From contig CP009479.1 in assembly GCA_000965745.1 (NCBI GenBank), forward strand, positions 544,001 to 608,000: a stretch of 64,000 nucleotides of DNA, written 5' to 3'. Position 1 is the stretch's first letter. Every line of letters begins with the position of its first letter. The notes below the pieces were generated by a model, which did not search any database, was not told the DNA's origin, and saw nothing but the letters and a program-made list of their open reading frames with translations. Source of the stretch: an uncultured archaeon (GTDB lineage Archaea > Thermoplasmatota > Thermoplasmata > Thermoplasmatales > Thermoplasmataceae). The position numbers were made by a program, and so were the translations under genes. Below are positions 37,129 to 47,103 of this stretch, in pieces.

Positions 37129-38956
37129 ATGGGAAAGAATTGAACCATCTGATCATTTCTGTGATATACATCTCAAAATGCTTTTTCTCCCTGAAGCCGT
37201 GGCCTTCCCTCGGAAAGAGAAGCAGCCTGGCCTCTTTTCCCTTATCTTTCAAGGCCCTGTAGAACTGGTAATACTGCCCAACTGGAACGTACGGGTCTTC
37301 AATGCCGTGCATCAAAAGGATAGGTGTCTTAACATTTTCCACATACCTTATTGCAGAGAATTTCAGGAACCTGTCAAACGCATATGGGTCCTGATCATAG
37401 TGAATGCTGTCCCATGTTGCAAGGCTGGAAACTCCATGGAAACTTATCCAGTCAACGATTCCAAAGAGTGATGCTGAAGCAGCAAAACGGTCCGTTTGCG
37501 TGACCGCCCACGCGGAAATGAACCCGCCATAAGATCCTCCTGTGATGAATATCCTGTCCCTGTCCACCGGCTCATTTTCAAGAACGTAGTCGAGGCCCTC
37601 CATTATGTCCTTGAAATCCATTCCGCCCATGTCACCTCTGTTCAGTTCCGCATATTTTCTGCCCTTTCCCGTGCTTCCCCGGTAATTGGGGAGAAACACT
37701 GAAAAACCTGCTCCCATAAGGAGCGTTGAATAATCCATGAAGTTCTCGGTGCTGGCGGAAGTCGGCCCCCCATGGACTACTACCACTAATGGGGCACCTT
37801 CTCCGGCATTCCTGAAGAGTCCGTACGGTTCAACGCCATCAGTGGATTTCCACTTCACCATTTTTGAGTCATAGCTCCTGAGGCCTGAAAGATGGGAATT
37901 AACATCCGTGAGTTTTTTTGCTTCTCCATTGCCGTCAACCAGGTACACTTCCTGCGGCCTGTCTTTGGCTGTGAAGGCAAAAGCGAAAAGGCCGCCTTCG
38001 CTGGAGAACTTGGGTGAAAAAGCTGGAAGAACTGCCCCGAATGAAGACCATATGATCCTCCCCTCCCCAATGGACTGGATCTCGAATGTCCCCATATTGT
38101 TTCCAAGGGCGTAAATCACGCCGTTCGCCGTTTCCTTGAAGCAGCTGAATGATTTTTCAGCGTTTTCAGTCATATTCACTGCCTTGCCATTCTCAATGCT
38201 GCATGATATGATGTCCCCGGATTCTACTCCATTGTCGCTCATCAGGCTTTCAATAAAGAAGACCTTTGATCCGTCCTTTGAAAATGACGGAGATGAAAGC
38301 TGCCTTTTCTCCGGGGTGTACAGAGTTCGCTGTTCTCCGGTTTCAAGGTCAATCAGAGCAATCCTGGGTTCATACCATGACCAGTTATAGGGATACTCTG
38401 ACACAACAGCGGCAGCCCTGTTTCCAAGTGATGAAAAGTCCCAAACCTGAAAACCTGATGTGAGTCTTCTCATCCCGTGTCCGGGGGTGTATTTCCATAG
38501 CGAGTGGAACTTGTGGTCTTCCTCGAAGAAGTAGCCGTCGTTTCCCTCCTTCTTCTTTTTCTTCTCTTCTTTGTGGTAGTCCTCAACAAGAGCTACCATG
38601 GAAGTGTCATCATGCCATTTAAGTGAGTCTATCTTTCCATTGACCATGGAGCTTTCCTGTCCGTTGGAGTCCACGTCCCGGATGACAATATAATTTCTCT
38701 CCTTCTCGGAGCTCACATAGGCAAGCCTGGATGAATCCGGAGAAAATGAAAGAGAGGAGTTTGCTCTGCCTTCATCGGAAATGATCTCCTCTTTCCCTTC
38801 CGCGAGCTTCATGAGAATGACCCTGTTTTCAATGAGCCCCTTGAATTCCTTGTATGTATCTGATGATATGAACGCCACATATTTTCCGTCTGGTGAGAGA
38901 GTCACGTTGTTGAGTGTCTGCATTCGGAAAAAATCCTCTACTCCATGGTCTTTCAT
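37097..38956 (-). CDS. S9 family peptidase (acylaminoacyl/dipeptidyl peptidase)
   Basis: Beta-propeller SPDG repeats; HGGP, NYRGSTG, GGSYGG, HGIEDPYV, EGHG. Confidence 0.95.
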   Translation of the reverse strand: MKDHGVEDFFRMQTLNNVTLSPDGKYVAFISSDTYKEFKGLIENRVILMKLAEGKEEIISDEGRANSSLSFSPDSSRLAYVSSEKERNYIVIRDVDSNGQESSMVNGKIDSLKWHDDTSMVALVEDYHKEEKKKKKEGNDGYFFEEDHKFHSLWKYTPGHGMRRLTSGFQVWDFSSLGNRAAAVVSEYPYNWSWYEPRIALIDLETGEQRTLYTPEKRQLSSPSFSKDGSKVFFIESLMSDNGVESGDIISCSIENGKAVNMTENAEKSFSCFKETANGVIYALGNNMGTFEIQSIGEGRIIWSSFGAVLPAFSPKFSSEGGLFAFAFTAKDRPQEVYLVDGNGEAKKLTDVNSHLSGLRSYDSKMVKWKSTDGVEPYGLFRNAGEGAPLVVVVHGGPTSASTENFMDYSTLLMGAGFSVFLPNYRGSTGKGRKYAELNRGDMGGMDFKDIMEGLDYVLENEPVDRDRIFITGGSYGGFISAWAVTQTDRFAASASLFGIVDWISFHGVSSLATWDSIHYDQDPYAFDRFLKFSAIRYVENVKTPILLMHGIEDPYVPVGQYYQFYRALKDKGKEARLLLFPREGHGFREKKHFEMYITEMIRWFNSFPSKTGDPQNTA

Positions 38957-39646
38957 GCAAGAGTATCTGAGGAATATATTTATGGTTGCCCAAAATTCAG
39001 GGGCACTTTGGAATACCGCTGGGGAAAGCTTAATTTTAAAGGACCGTCGGTAAACACGGATCTGCTGCTCTATAAAGAGAAGTCATACCTGATCCTGCCT
39101 TCCGAAGGCGAGGAAAACAGATTCTTCGTCAGTGCTGATGAATCAGGAGTTGATTTCTTTATAGCGAGTTCGTCTGTGAGAAACTTTCAGGCGATGCGGG
39201 GATTCTTCACAAAGATGTATGACTGTTATGCCTCTGAGGAAGAGCCGGAACGAATTCAGTCTGGCGGGAGATTTGTAATGACCAACAGGAATATTATGAA
39301 GAAGTCGGCTTTCAGTTATTTCCCTGAGTTCCTGAGAAACATGATATATCTTCCTTCATCTGTGGAAGACTTAAAACTGCAGTATGAAGTGATAATCAGG
39401 TCCTCTCACAACTTCAGGAAGAGGAAGCTTTACAATTTCTGTGTCTACGTCAGGTTTGAGACAGAAGGATGGAACCCTGATGAGATGATGGTTTACGTGC
39501 GAAACGAAGTTGCACGCCTCAATAGCGAGAGAAAATGGAAAATGGGCATATCCACCAAGGGAAGAGTCAGGTTCAGGACTGATAAGTTCGATGATCCCAT
39601 GAAACTGTGTAATTTTGTCAGGATACCGATAGATGAGAAGGCATAA
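38945..39646 (+). CDS. hypothetical protein (true start uncertain, probably further downstream)
   Basis: Long ORF with protein-like composition filling the gap between recognised genes. Confidence 0.6.
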   Translation: MVFHARVSEEYIYGCPKFRGTLEYRWGKLNFKGPSVNTDLLLYKEKSYLILPSEGEENRFFVSADESGVDFFIASSSVRNFQAMRGFFTKMYDCYASEEEPERIQSGGRFVMTNRNIMKKSAFSYFPEFLRNMIYLPSSVEDLKLQYEVIIRSSHNFRKRKLYNFCVYVRFETEGWNPDEMMVYVRNEVARLNSERKWKMGISTKGRVRFRTDKFDDPMKLCNFVRIPIDEKA

Positions 39647-39820
39647 CGTTTGCAGGGGAGTCATGCCTGTATACTTGGTTCTTACTGCCATGGCAAACAG
39701 ATAACATTGCCTTCGAGAAAATTAATATATATTTGACAAAAGCATTTTGAATGCCCAAGTTTTCTTCTTGAACGCTCAAGCACCGTATCTTTTAATATTT
39801 TTAACCAATACCCCTGAAGT

Positions 39821-41266
39821 ATGTCCCAGAGATTTGAACCAGAAGGTTTATGGTCTGGAAAGGAGCTTAAAAACTGGGAGAAGGATTCATTTAACTTCTT
39901 TCGTCTCTGGGGTCCCCTGATACTTGTGTCCGGAGTTGCCGGCGGTCTCGGAGCTTACGTTTTTCGCGCTCTCATCATACTTAACCAGGACATTTTCTTT
40001 GGATTCATTGGAGGGCATGGTGTTCCAGTGATCTTCCTTCCTGTTATTGGCGGCCTCATAGTTGGGCCTATCATTTACAAATATGCTTCTGAGGCCTGGG
40101 GGCATGGTGTCCCTGAGGTCATGGAATCTTTGAGGACCAGGGGAGGGAAGATAAGAAGCCGTGTAGCCATTGTCAAGATCCTAGCCTCTTCAGTAACCAT
40201 AGGGTCAGGAGGAAGCGCCGGAAGGGAAGGTCCTATTGCACAGATTGGAGCATCCGTTGCTTCTGTTGTGGGTTCTGTCTTTCACCTTGACGAGAGGTCC
40301 CTCAAGCTTATGGTAATGGCAGGCGCATCAGCCGGAATCAGCGGTACATTCAAGGCTCCCATAGGTGGTGCACTTTTCGGGCTTGAGGTCCTCAACAAAG
40401 AGATAAGGACGACGGACCTGATCGTAATGGCACTTTCATCCCTAGTTGGATATGGCGTTTCTGTAGCCCTCCTTGGACCGGGTCCGATTTTCCTTGCCCA
40501 GGATCTTCAGTTTAACGACGCGGATCTTCCATTTTATCTCCTGCTCGGGGTAATAGGAGGATTTGCATCCTACCTCTGGACAAGGAGCCTTTACGGTGTT
40601 GAAGATCTCTTTGCAAAATTCAGAATTCAGAGGAAATGGTATTCCCCGTTTCTTGGAGCATGGGTTGTTGGAGCGGTTGGCCTGATGTTCCCGGAGTCTC
40701 TGGGGCTTGGCTACAGTGTTATCAATTCTTTCTTCAAGCAGGATCTTCCTGTCCATCTTGTTACCGGCCTGGCTTTATTCATCTTTCTTCTTCTTCTTGC
40801 AAAGCTTGCAACTTCGGCATTCACCATCGGTTCCGGCGGAAGTGGAGGCATATTTTCACCTTCCCTTTTCATGGGAGCTATGCTTGGCGCTCTGTTCGGC
40901 ATGGGTGTAGACGCCCTTTTCCCCAGCATATCGCCTGGATACCTTTCATATGCGCTGGTAGGAATGTGCGTGATTTTTGCTGGATCTGCCAAGGCACCTT
41001 TCATGGCCACAATAATAGTGGCGGAAATGGCAAGGAACTTCACGATGCTGCCTGCCCTCTTTCTGGCAAGTGTGGTAAGCTACCTGATCAGCGGCCCGGG
41101 ATCAATATACATGTTCAAGGTTGAAAGGACGGTAGGGCAGAACATACCCGACAAATACCTCGGAACCCCGCAGCCCCCTGCTATGGCACTGATGATTTAC
41201 AAAGCACTCAGATCCAGGAAGGCTACAAAAACAAAGGATATCAAGCAGGTTTACAAGAACAAGTAA
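39821..41266 (+). CDS. ClC chloride channel / Cl-/H+ antiporter family protein (no CBS domains)
   Basis: GHGVPE, GSAGREGP, FKAPIGGALFGLEV, GGSGGIFSP. Confidence 0.94.
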   Translation: MSQRFEPEGLWSGKELKNWEKDSFNFFRLWGPLILVSGVAGGLGAYVFRALIILNQDIFFGFIGGHGVPVIFLPVIGGLIVGPIIYKYASEAWGHGVPEVMESLRTRGGKIRSRVAIVKILASSVTIGSGGSAGREGPIAQIGASVASVVGSVFHLDERSLKLMVMAGASAGISGTFKAPIGGALFGLEVLNKEIRTTDLIVMALSSLVGYGVSVALLGPGPIFLAQDLQFNDADLPFYLLLGVIGGFASYLWTRSLYGVEDLFAKFRIQRKWYSPFLGAWVVGAVGLMFPESLGLGYSVINSFFKQDLPVHLVTGLALFIFLLLLAKLATSAFTIGSGGSGGIFSPSLFMGAMLGALFGMGVDALFPSISPGYLSYALVGMCVIFAGSAKAPFMATIIVAEMARNFTMLPALFLASVVSYLISGPGSIYMFKVERTVGQNIPDKYLGTPQPPAMALMIYKALRSRKATKTKDIKQVYKNK

Positions 41267-41351
41267 GCTCTTCTTGCATTATTTTGCAGATTATTTTGAT
41301 GTTATGAGTATATCCTCTTCATGTATCACCTTTTTATCCGGAGGAAAAACA

Positions 41352-41960
41352 TTGAAAAATTATGACAGAGTATACAGCAGGAGGGGGCTCTATTGGAGGA
41401 ATGATCCGAACAGCCTGTGCAGGGAGGTTGTGGAAATTCTCTCCCAGGAAGATCCAAGAAGAAAAAAGGTTATTGATCTTGGTTCCGGTGAGGGGAGGGA
41501 CCTGATGCACTTTTCCCGTAATGGATTTTCTGCCACAGGAGTGGAAATATCGCTCCCTGGCATCAACAAGTCCCTAGAATGGGCGAAAGGTGAAGAGGTC
41601 GAGATTGATCTTGTACAGTCCGATCTTAACGACTTCAAGCTTGAAAGTGAGTATGGTGTTATCTACTCAAGCGGTAGCCTCACTTTCATCAGGCCGGAAA
41701 ATAGGGGCGATGCTTTTGCGGATTACAAGTCCCACACATCTCCCGGAGGGCTTAATGCATTCAACGTATTCGTTGTGAAGCCTTTCATGGGAACTGTGCC
41801 CGACTGGGGGGACAATGAGTATTTCTACAGGGAGGGCGAGCTGGCTTCCTATTATTTTGACTGGAAAATAATAAAGTCAGAAAGTGAAACTTTCAGCTGC
41901 AATTCAGGGGGACTGCGGCACACCCACGCAATGGAAACCCTTATGGCAAGAAAAATGTGA
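41352..41960 (+). CDS. class I SAM-dependent methyltransferase (TehB-like)
   Basis: VIDLGSGEGRD, GVEIS, TSPGGLN; TTG start at 41352 after a GGAGG Shine-Dalgarno. Confidence 0.88.
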   Translation: MKNYDRVYSRRGLYWRNDPNSLCREVVEILSQEDPRRKKVIDLGSGEGRDLMHFSRNGFSATGVEISLPGINKSLEWAKGEEVEIDLVQSDLNDFKLESEYGVIYSSGSLTFIRPENRGDAFADYKSHTSPGGLNAFNVFVVKPFMGTVPDWGDNEYFYREGELASYYFDWKIIKSESETFSCNSGGLRHTHAMETLMARKM

Positions 41961-41986
41961 GAATTTATGGGAGCTTCACCAGGCTC

Positions 41987-43219
41987 TCAGAATTTCAGCT
42001 GAGCGGGGTAAGTCCCTTCTCCGGATTCCCACTTCAGACCTCCGCCTTCAATCTTCATTACGTTTGAAGCGTCGTGTGTGGACAGGGTTACCTTGTTTCC
42101 AGAAAGTTTGAGGCCGAGGATGCCGTAATTCATGGAGTCCATGAGGACCTCATCTCCTCTAACTATCTCGGGGTAAACAACCTTGCCATTGTACCTGCTG
42201 TATCCAAGCGTGCTCCAGTAATCGGGGGAAAAGGTAGTTGTATCGGTGAAAACCCTCAGGTAAGCTTCATGGTCTCGGTTCATGGCAGAGTGCGCTTTTG
42301 CAGACCTGATGAGGCTTATCAGCTCATCCCTTATCATGAATCCATCATTCCTGTGCATGTGGCTTCCCGAATATGTTACGTTTGCTGTGTAATACCCGGT
42401 CTTGTTGATTTTCCTGAATGTAAGAAAACTCATTATGTTCTCATAAACTACCTGATTGCCCTTCTTTTTGAGAACCTCCTTAAGAGCATCTTTCATCTGC
42501 TCCTGAGATTTCCAGCTTATTCCAAATCTGGATGGAAACTCCCAGGTGAACCATTCCGGAATTGCCTCACATTCCGATGATGCGGCTTCGTCGAATACAT
42601 CCCGGTATCTCTGGGACCAGTAGTCCCTCGGAAGGAATGACTGCGGTATTTTCCTGAATTCCTGGAAATCTATCTGGCATTCCCCGTACTTGAACTTGCT
42701 GGATGTAGCGTCGTATCTTATTGCCCTTTCATTTGGCCCGGCAAAGAATATTTTGTTGTCTATCATTCCGAGGCCTATGATCGACCTTGATATCAGATCA
42801 TAGAGCAGTCTCTTTCCAGATTCGATCCTGAGCCCTACTGAGTTCTCAGCTAGCTTCCTGGTTATCTCTTCAAGCCTTTCCTGCTGAGGCTGGTCCCATT
42901 CAGACGGGTCAGATGTTGTTACAAGCCTGGCTGAGACAACGTGTTTCTCGCTGTCAAAATCCCTGAATCGTGAGTTGAGCGTTATGATGGAGTCTTCGAA
43001 AAGATTGAGCTTGTCCATGCTTATGCCGTCCTGGCCGACACATTCACAGAAAACGTACCCCTCGTTCTCCTCTAGAAGGACATCATGGATAACTCCCAGG
43101 GTCTCATAACGTGGCACGACATTTTCTCCCCTGGACACACAAAGCGCTGCATAGGCCATTTCAAGAAGCCAGCCTTCCAGAGTAAGGTTGCCAGCCCAGT
43201 CTTCTTCAGTCTTCTCCAT
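41987..43219 (-). CDS. hypothetical protein with a PD-(D/E)XK-like N-terminus and an internal repeat
   Basis: GWLLE...HDVLLEE..YVFCEC; repeated segment L.D....(S/G)I.GL....NK. Confidence 0.65.
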   Translation of the reverse strand: MEKTEEDWAGNLTLEGWLLEMAYAALCVSRGENVVPRYETLGVIHDVLLEENEGYVFCECVGQDGISMDKLNLFEDSIITLNSRFRDFDSEKHVVSARLVTTSDPSEWDQPQQERLEEITRKLAENSVGLRIESGKRLLYDLISRSIIGLGMIDNKIFFAGPNERAIRYDATSSKFKYGECQIDFQEFRKIPQSFLPRDYWSQRYRDVFDEAASSECEAIPEWFTWEFPSRFGISWKSQEQMKDALKEVLKKKGNQVVYENIMSFLTFRKINKTGYYTANVTYSGSHMHRNDGFMIRDELISLIRSAKAHSAMNRDHEAYLRVFTDTTTFSPDYWSTLGYSRYNGKVVYPEIVRGDEVLMDSMNYGILGLKLSGNKVTLSTHDASNVMKIEGGGLKWESGEGTYPAQLKF

Positions 43220-43302
43220 ACGGTTTCAGATTCCGTTTATAACGTATAAACTTTTCTTCACGCAGAGCTGGATTTTAAGCTTAAATTCTAGAATAGCAGG
43301 GA

Positions 43303-43656
43303 TCAGTGCCTGAATGATTTGAGGATGTTCGAGAAATACACTTTTTCACTCCCGAGCCTGGAGCTGACCCCTTTTCCCATAGAGAATATCTTCCTGCCCT
43401 CAATTTCAAGGTCCAGCCGCCTTGAAGATCTGTTGAGTGCCTCAGCAATGCGGCTTATGTTCCCGAGTTCAGAGAATCTGTGCTTTATCCCCTCGAACAT
43501 TATGTTTGAAAGGTGTTTCTCTGTGATTCTTACTGTAATGACTCCCCCAGAGGCTTCGATCTCGACCGGATCTTCCTGGTTGAATCTTATTCCTACTTTT
43601 CCGGATATAAGTGAGGAGAGTGCACAGGCTGCAAGTGTCTCCGCCAGATCATTCAT
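43303..43656 (-). CDS. hypothetical protein
   Basis: 117-aa ORF whose start overlaps the stop of the small upstream ORF. Confidence 0.7.
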   Translation of the reverse strand: MNDLAETLAACALSSLISGKVGIRFNQEDPVEIEASGGVITVRITEKHLSNIMFEGIKHRFSELGNISRIAEALNRSSRRLDLEIEGRKIFSMGKGVSSRLGSEKVYFSNILKSFRH

Positions 43657-43825
43657 GCATCGGCCTTACAACAATGCTGATCCTGCCTGTTACATTGATC
43701 TTGGTCTGAATTGATGATATGCCAATCTCAAGGTTTTCAAAACTAAGCTCTGTTGTGCTCTTTGTGTTTTCCACAGCTCTCAGGAAGCTCTCTATAATTG
43801 TTTCGTCTTTTTTCTCATCTGCCAT
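43649..43825 (-). CDS. small hypothetical protein, 58 aa (not in ORF track)
   Basis: MADEKKDETIIESFLRAVENTKSTTELSFENLEIGISSIQTKINVTGRISIVVRPMHE; overlaps the next start; AT-rich TATA-like sequence upstream. Confidence 0.7.
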   Translation of the reverse strand: MADEKKDETIIESFLRAVENTKSTTELSFENLEIGISSIQTKINVTGRISIVVRPMHE

Positions 43826-43897
43826 AATCGTCTAGCTGGATCTGAATAATATATGTTGCTGTATGTGAAAAGATAATTATTTTAATGACTGTGGGCG

Positions 43898-45961
43898 CTA
43901 CTGGTTCTGCTTTGCTGCCGCTCCCCTTTTCCCTGAATTCCTTCCGGATTCCCTTGGAGCCTCGAGCTCAAATGTCCTTTCCGTGAACGTCCTTCTCGTG
44001 CCGAAGGGCCTGAAAAGCTTTCCGTTCCCGGTGAAGAACTTGGAGAAGAACTCCACGTAAATAAGCCTCGCTCCCTGAATTCCAGGTTCAAACACCGCTA
44101 TTACAAGGTTGAAAAGCTGGCCAAATACGAGAATTATCACCCCGACCACGGCCAATTCCGGGGATTTGTTTACTCCCTTCAGGAATATCAGGTCGATGAT
44201 CTGCGACAGGATGACCGAAGCCAGGAGGATTCCCAGGATCCTTGTATACGAAAGAATATGGCTGATGATTGATGGTATCTCCATGCCTCCCTGTGCCTTT
44301 TCCGTTGCGATGATCAGGCCCAGCCCCACTACAAGCATGATTACATAGATTAGAGTTGCAGGGCTCTGCGAGAAATTGAAGGAAGCCTGCCCATGAATTA
44401 GCGCAAGGCCAAGAAGTGCAATTCCCCAGGCGAAAACAAGCCATCCTAGCTTGCCCACTGCCTCCTTTGTCTGTTTGAACCTGATCCTGTTTACCATTCC
44501 GAAGACAAGGCCGAGAGATACCATGCCCAATCCTATATAACCGGAGAATAACAGCAGTTTCCTCACCATGAAGTCAACGCTGAACAGTTCCGTGGCGGTT
44601 GGCGGGAAACCGTATACAGTAGTGCCGCCAAATCCAGTGCTTACAGCAAAGACAGTGTATGGAAGAAGCGGGAATCCGAAGAAGTTGTTGAATAGCAGCC
44701 CTACCGCTATTGCAACTATCGCACCGGGAATAAGGGCTTTACCGAGTGTCTTGAGAGACTCCGGGCCCATTATGGTGAGGACGAACCTTGACAGGAGCTT
44801 TGGAATATGGCTTTTCCTAACCGGATTGTTGATTCTGTGAATCATCCAAAGTGAGATCCCAAGAATGGTCAGGCCGTATCCCCAGTCTCCAACCATGAGG
44901 CCGAAGAATACCGGAAACACAATGGCAAAGATCATTGTAGGGTCTATTTCCCCGTGCTGGGGCAGAGAGTAAAACCTTACGAAGAATTCAAACACTTTGA
45001 ACCTTCCTGGATTGCTCATTACAGTCGGGGGCATTTCGTTCGTATCGACCTTTCTGAAAATCATCCTTCCTTCAGTCAGTTCATGAAGCTTCTGCTTAAG
45101 TGGAGAGAAGTATTTTTCAGGGATCCAGCCCTCCATGGCGAAGGTGTCCCTTGTCGAGGAAAGCTTCTCTGATGCTTCCATCTTCTTAACCTCTATTTCA
45201 AGGGCCTCCCTCAGCTGTGCAATTATAGCGTAGACCCGGTCTGCAAGCTCATTGATGTCTGTCCTTAACTGGTTCAGTGATCTTCGATTCTCACTGAGCT
45301 TCACGTTAAGAAAATCATGGTACTCACTAGGCCTGCCGGTCATCATTGGAACATGTATAAGCTTGAAGTTCTGCCTGCTGGCAATCTGGGCTAGATCAGA
45401 ATCCTTCTCCTCAGGCACAGCTATCAGAACATAGTCATTCCCGAGGTCAAGAACCTTGGAATTTGCAAGAGAGGATTCAACGATTTCCTTGAAATTCCTG
45501 TTTTTCTCCTTCTTGACAATGAAAGATGCAACGTATTTGTTGTTGAAAACCGACAGATCATAGTCCAGGTGCTTCAGTAAGTTCACTGCCGAAAGCCTCT
45601 GCTCTATCTCCCTGATCTCAGTGAGTATGTCCCCCTCCTCTTCTCTCAGCATCCTGATGTCGTTTTCAACCTTCACGGTGGATGCTTCTTTAAGGAGTTC
45701 TTCGATTGATTCGAACTGTTTCTTGCCCGAGACCTTTCTCCTTGGCAGTTGAGTCTCCATGCCCCTGAATTTCTGGAGAAGGCTGTTCAGTTCCTTGTAA
45801 TAATGATTTGTTGCTCCCTGCTGCAGAAGTTTTGAAATCTCCTCAGAAACGGGCTCAAGCTGTATTATTCCATAATCGTGAAGTGCTGACACTATGGTGT
45901 CCTTGACAGAATTTGCCGCTATTATCCTTACCCGTGCCATTTTTTCAGGGAACAGTGCCAT
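43898..45961 (-). CDS. atpI: A/V-type ATP synthase subunit I (a)
   Basis: MEGWIP, YSLP..GEIDPT, FFGLMVGDWGYG, SHILSYTRI, ARLIYVEFFSKF; start placed at MALFPEKM. Confidence 0.96.
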   Translation of the reverse strand: MALFPEKMARVRIIAANSVKDTIVSALHDYGIIQLEPVSEEISKLLQQGATNHYYKELNSLLQKFRGMETQLPRRKVSGKKQFESIEELLKEASTVKVENDIRMLREEEGDILTEIREIEQRLSAVNLLKHLDYDLSVFNNKYVASFIVKKEKNRNFKEIVESSLANSKVLDLGNDYVLIAVPEEKDSDLAQIASRQNFKLIHVPMMTGRPSEYHDFLNVKLSENRRSLNQLRTDINELADRVYAIIAQLREALEIEVKKMEASEKLSSTRDTFAMEGWIPEKYFSPLKQKLHELTEGRMIFRKVDTNEMPPTVMSNPGRFKVFEFFVRFYSLPQHGEIDPTMIFAIVFPVFFGLMVGDWGYGLTILGISLWMIHRINNPVRKSHIPKLLSRFVLTIMGPESLKTLGKALIPGAIVAIAVGLLFNNFFGFPLLPYTVFAVSTGFGGTTVYGFPPTATELFSVDFMVRKLLLFSGYIGLGMVSLGLVFGMVNRIRFKQTKEAVGKLGWLVFAWGIALLGLALIHGQASFNFSQSPATLIYVIMLVVGLGLIIATEKAQGGMEIPSIISHILSYTRILGILLASVILSQIIDLIFLKGVNKSPELAVVGVIILVFGQLFNLVIAVFEPGIQGARLIYVEFFSKFFTGNGKLFRPFGTRRTFTERTFELEAPRESGRNSGKRGAAAKQNQ

Positions 45962-45962
45962 A

Positions 45963-46286
45963 TCAATCTTCCAGGTATTGGTTGAGTGCATCCAGCACTA
46001 TTTTTTCAATGTCCTTGTCAGAGATGCTCAGCCTGATAGTAGTGGCCTTTGCCTCCCCTTCCTCAATAATTTCAAGCCTCTTGGTCTCAAGCTCCCTCTT
46101 CAGCTCTTCCATCTTCCGGTTGTACTGATTCTCAAGCTCTTCCCTTTTGCGTTCTACTTGTGAAGTGCCGCGCGTTCTGGCATCTTCATATTTCTTCTTC
46201 TGCGACTGGAGAAATTCTTCAACCTCTTCATCGGCCGACTTCTCCTTGTCGCGAATTACCTTAAGTGTTTCAAAATCCTCAGTCAT
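45963..46286 (-). CDS. atpH: A-type ATP synthase subunit H (peripheral stalk)
   Basis: Charged coiled-coil, IRDKEKSA; position directly before subunit I. Confidence 0.82.
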   Translation of the reverse strand: MTEDFETLKVIRDKEKSADEEVEEFLQSQKKKYEDARTRGTSQVERKREELENQYNRKMEELKRELETKRLEIIEEGEAKATTIRLSISDKDIEKIVLDALNQYLED

Positions 46287-46460
46287 TTAGAGCACCCCTG
46301 CCAAAATAAAAGCCAGGACAATAGCAGACACTACGATGTTGAACATGAATATTGTTTTTCGTATCCTTAGGAACTTCCTGAGATTCCGGTTGCTCTTGAG
46401 CGTTTCCGAAGGGATGTTCTGCTGCTGGACCTTCCATTTGGGCTTGTAGTACCTGTTCAA
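46287..46460 (-). CDS. small tail-anchored membrane protein inside the ATP synthase operon, 57 aa (not in ORF track)
   Basis: TTG start overlapping the subunit D stop; TAA stop abutting the subunit H ATG; C-terminal TM IFMFNIVVSAIVLAFILAGVL. Confidence 0.72.
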   Translation of the reverse strand: MNRYYKPKWKVQQQNIPSETLKSNRNLRKFLRIRKTIFMFNIVVSAIVLAFILAGVL

Positions 46461-47101
46461 CTCTCCTCAGCCTCCGCCCTTTCAGTAATCTTCCTTTTAA
46501 TGATCTTGAGAGTGGTGAAAGTGTCCCTCTCCAGTTCATCCAGCCTCATCCTTATCCTTTTCTGGGTCTGGACAAGATCCGGTATCAGTATGTTTTCAAT
46601 CGCGTTCGATCTCCTCTTGGTCCTGTCTATTTCATAGAGGAGTTTTCTCATAGAGTTTTCCTTCTCTGCAATCTCAACAATAAACCTGAATATTTTTTCA
46701 AATTTCTTTATTGCATCGTTCACCGGTGCGGGCACCGATACGACGCGATACATCTCCGAAAGAATTGTCTGCGCATAATTGACGGTGAGCTCTGGAATCC
46801 TGACGCCCATGATGTTCTTCGAGCCTATTCCGACACTTGAATCCGCTGACATGAATGCAATGCGCTCAACAGTCATGGTGCCTTCCAGGACCTCAGCCAT
46901 TTTCAGTGTGCTTATGGCCTCCCCAACATCCTTCCTCAGGTCCTCCCTCATTCCCTTGACCTGCCTGCTGATGTTGAAGAATTCCATCACAAGGGATGAT
47001 CTCTTCATCTTGAGCAGATCAAGGCCTTTTCTGGCAAGCTTTACCCTCCTGCCAGTTCGAATGAGTTCAATCCTTGTTGGTCTTACATCCTGCGACGGCA
47101 T
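46457..47101 (-). CDS. atpD: A/V-type ATP synthase subunit D
   Basis: PTRIEL, GLDLLKMKR, KNIMGVRIP, TKRRSNAIE; start placed at MPSQDV. Confidence 0.96.
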   Translation of the reverse strand: MPSQDVRPTRIELIRTGRRVKLARKGLDLLKMKRSSLVMEFFNISRQVKGMREDLRKDVGEAISTLKMAEVLEGTMTVERIAFMSADSSVGIGSKNIMGVRIPELTVNYAQTILSEMYRVVSVPAPVNDAIKKFEKIFRFIVEIAEKENSMRKLLYEIDRTKRRSNAIENILIPDLVQTQKRIRMRLDELERDTFTTLKIIKRKITERAEAEES

Positions 47102-47103
47102 TC

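Noticed and set aside
41352-43219. Methyltransferase plus nuclease-like gene as a restriction-modification system
   Set aside because: The methyltransferase is small-molecule (TehB-like) with no DPPY/NPPY or PC motif, and the genes are convergent.
46279-46539. 86-aa ORF from the track between atpD and atpH
   Set aside because: It overlaps both neighbours and has no features. The alternative frame 46287-46460 fits the gap exactly and has a TM helix.
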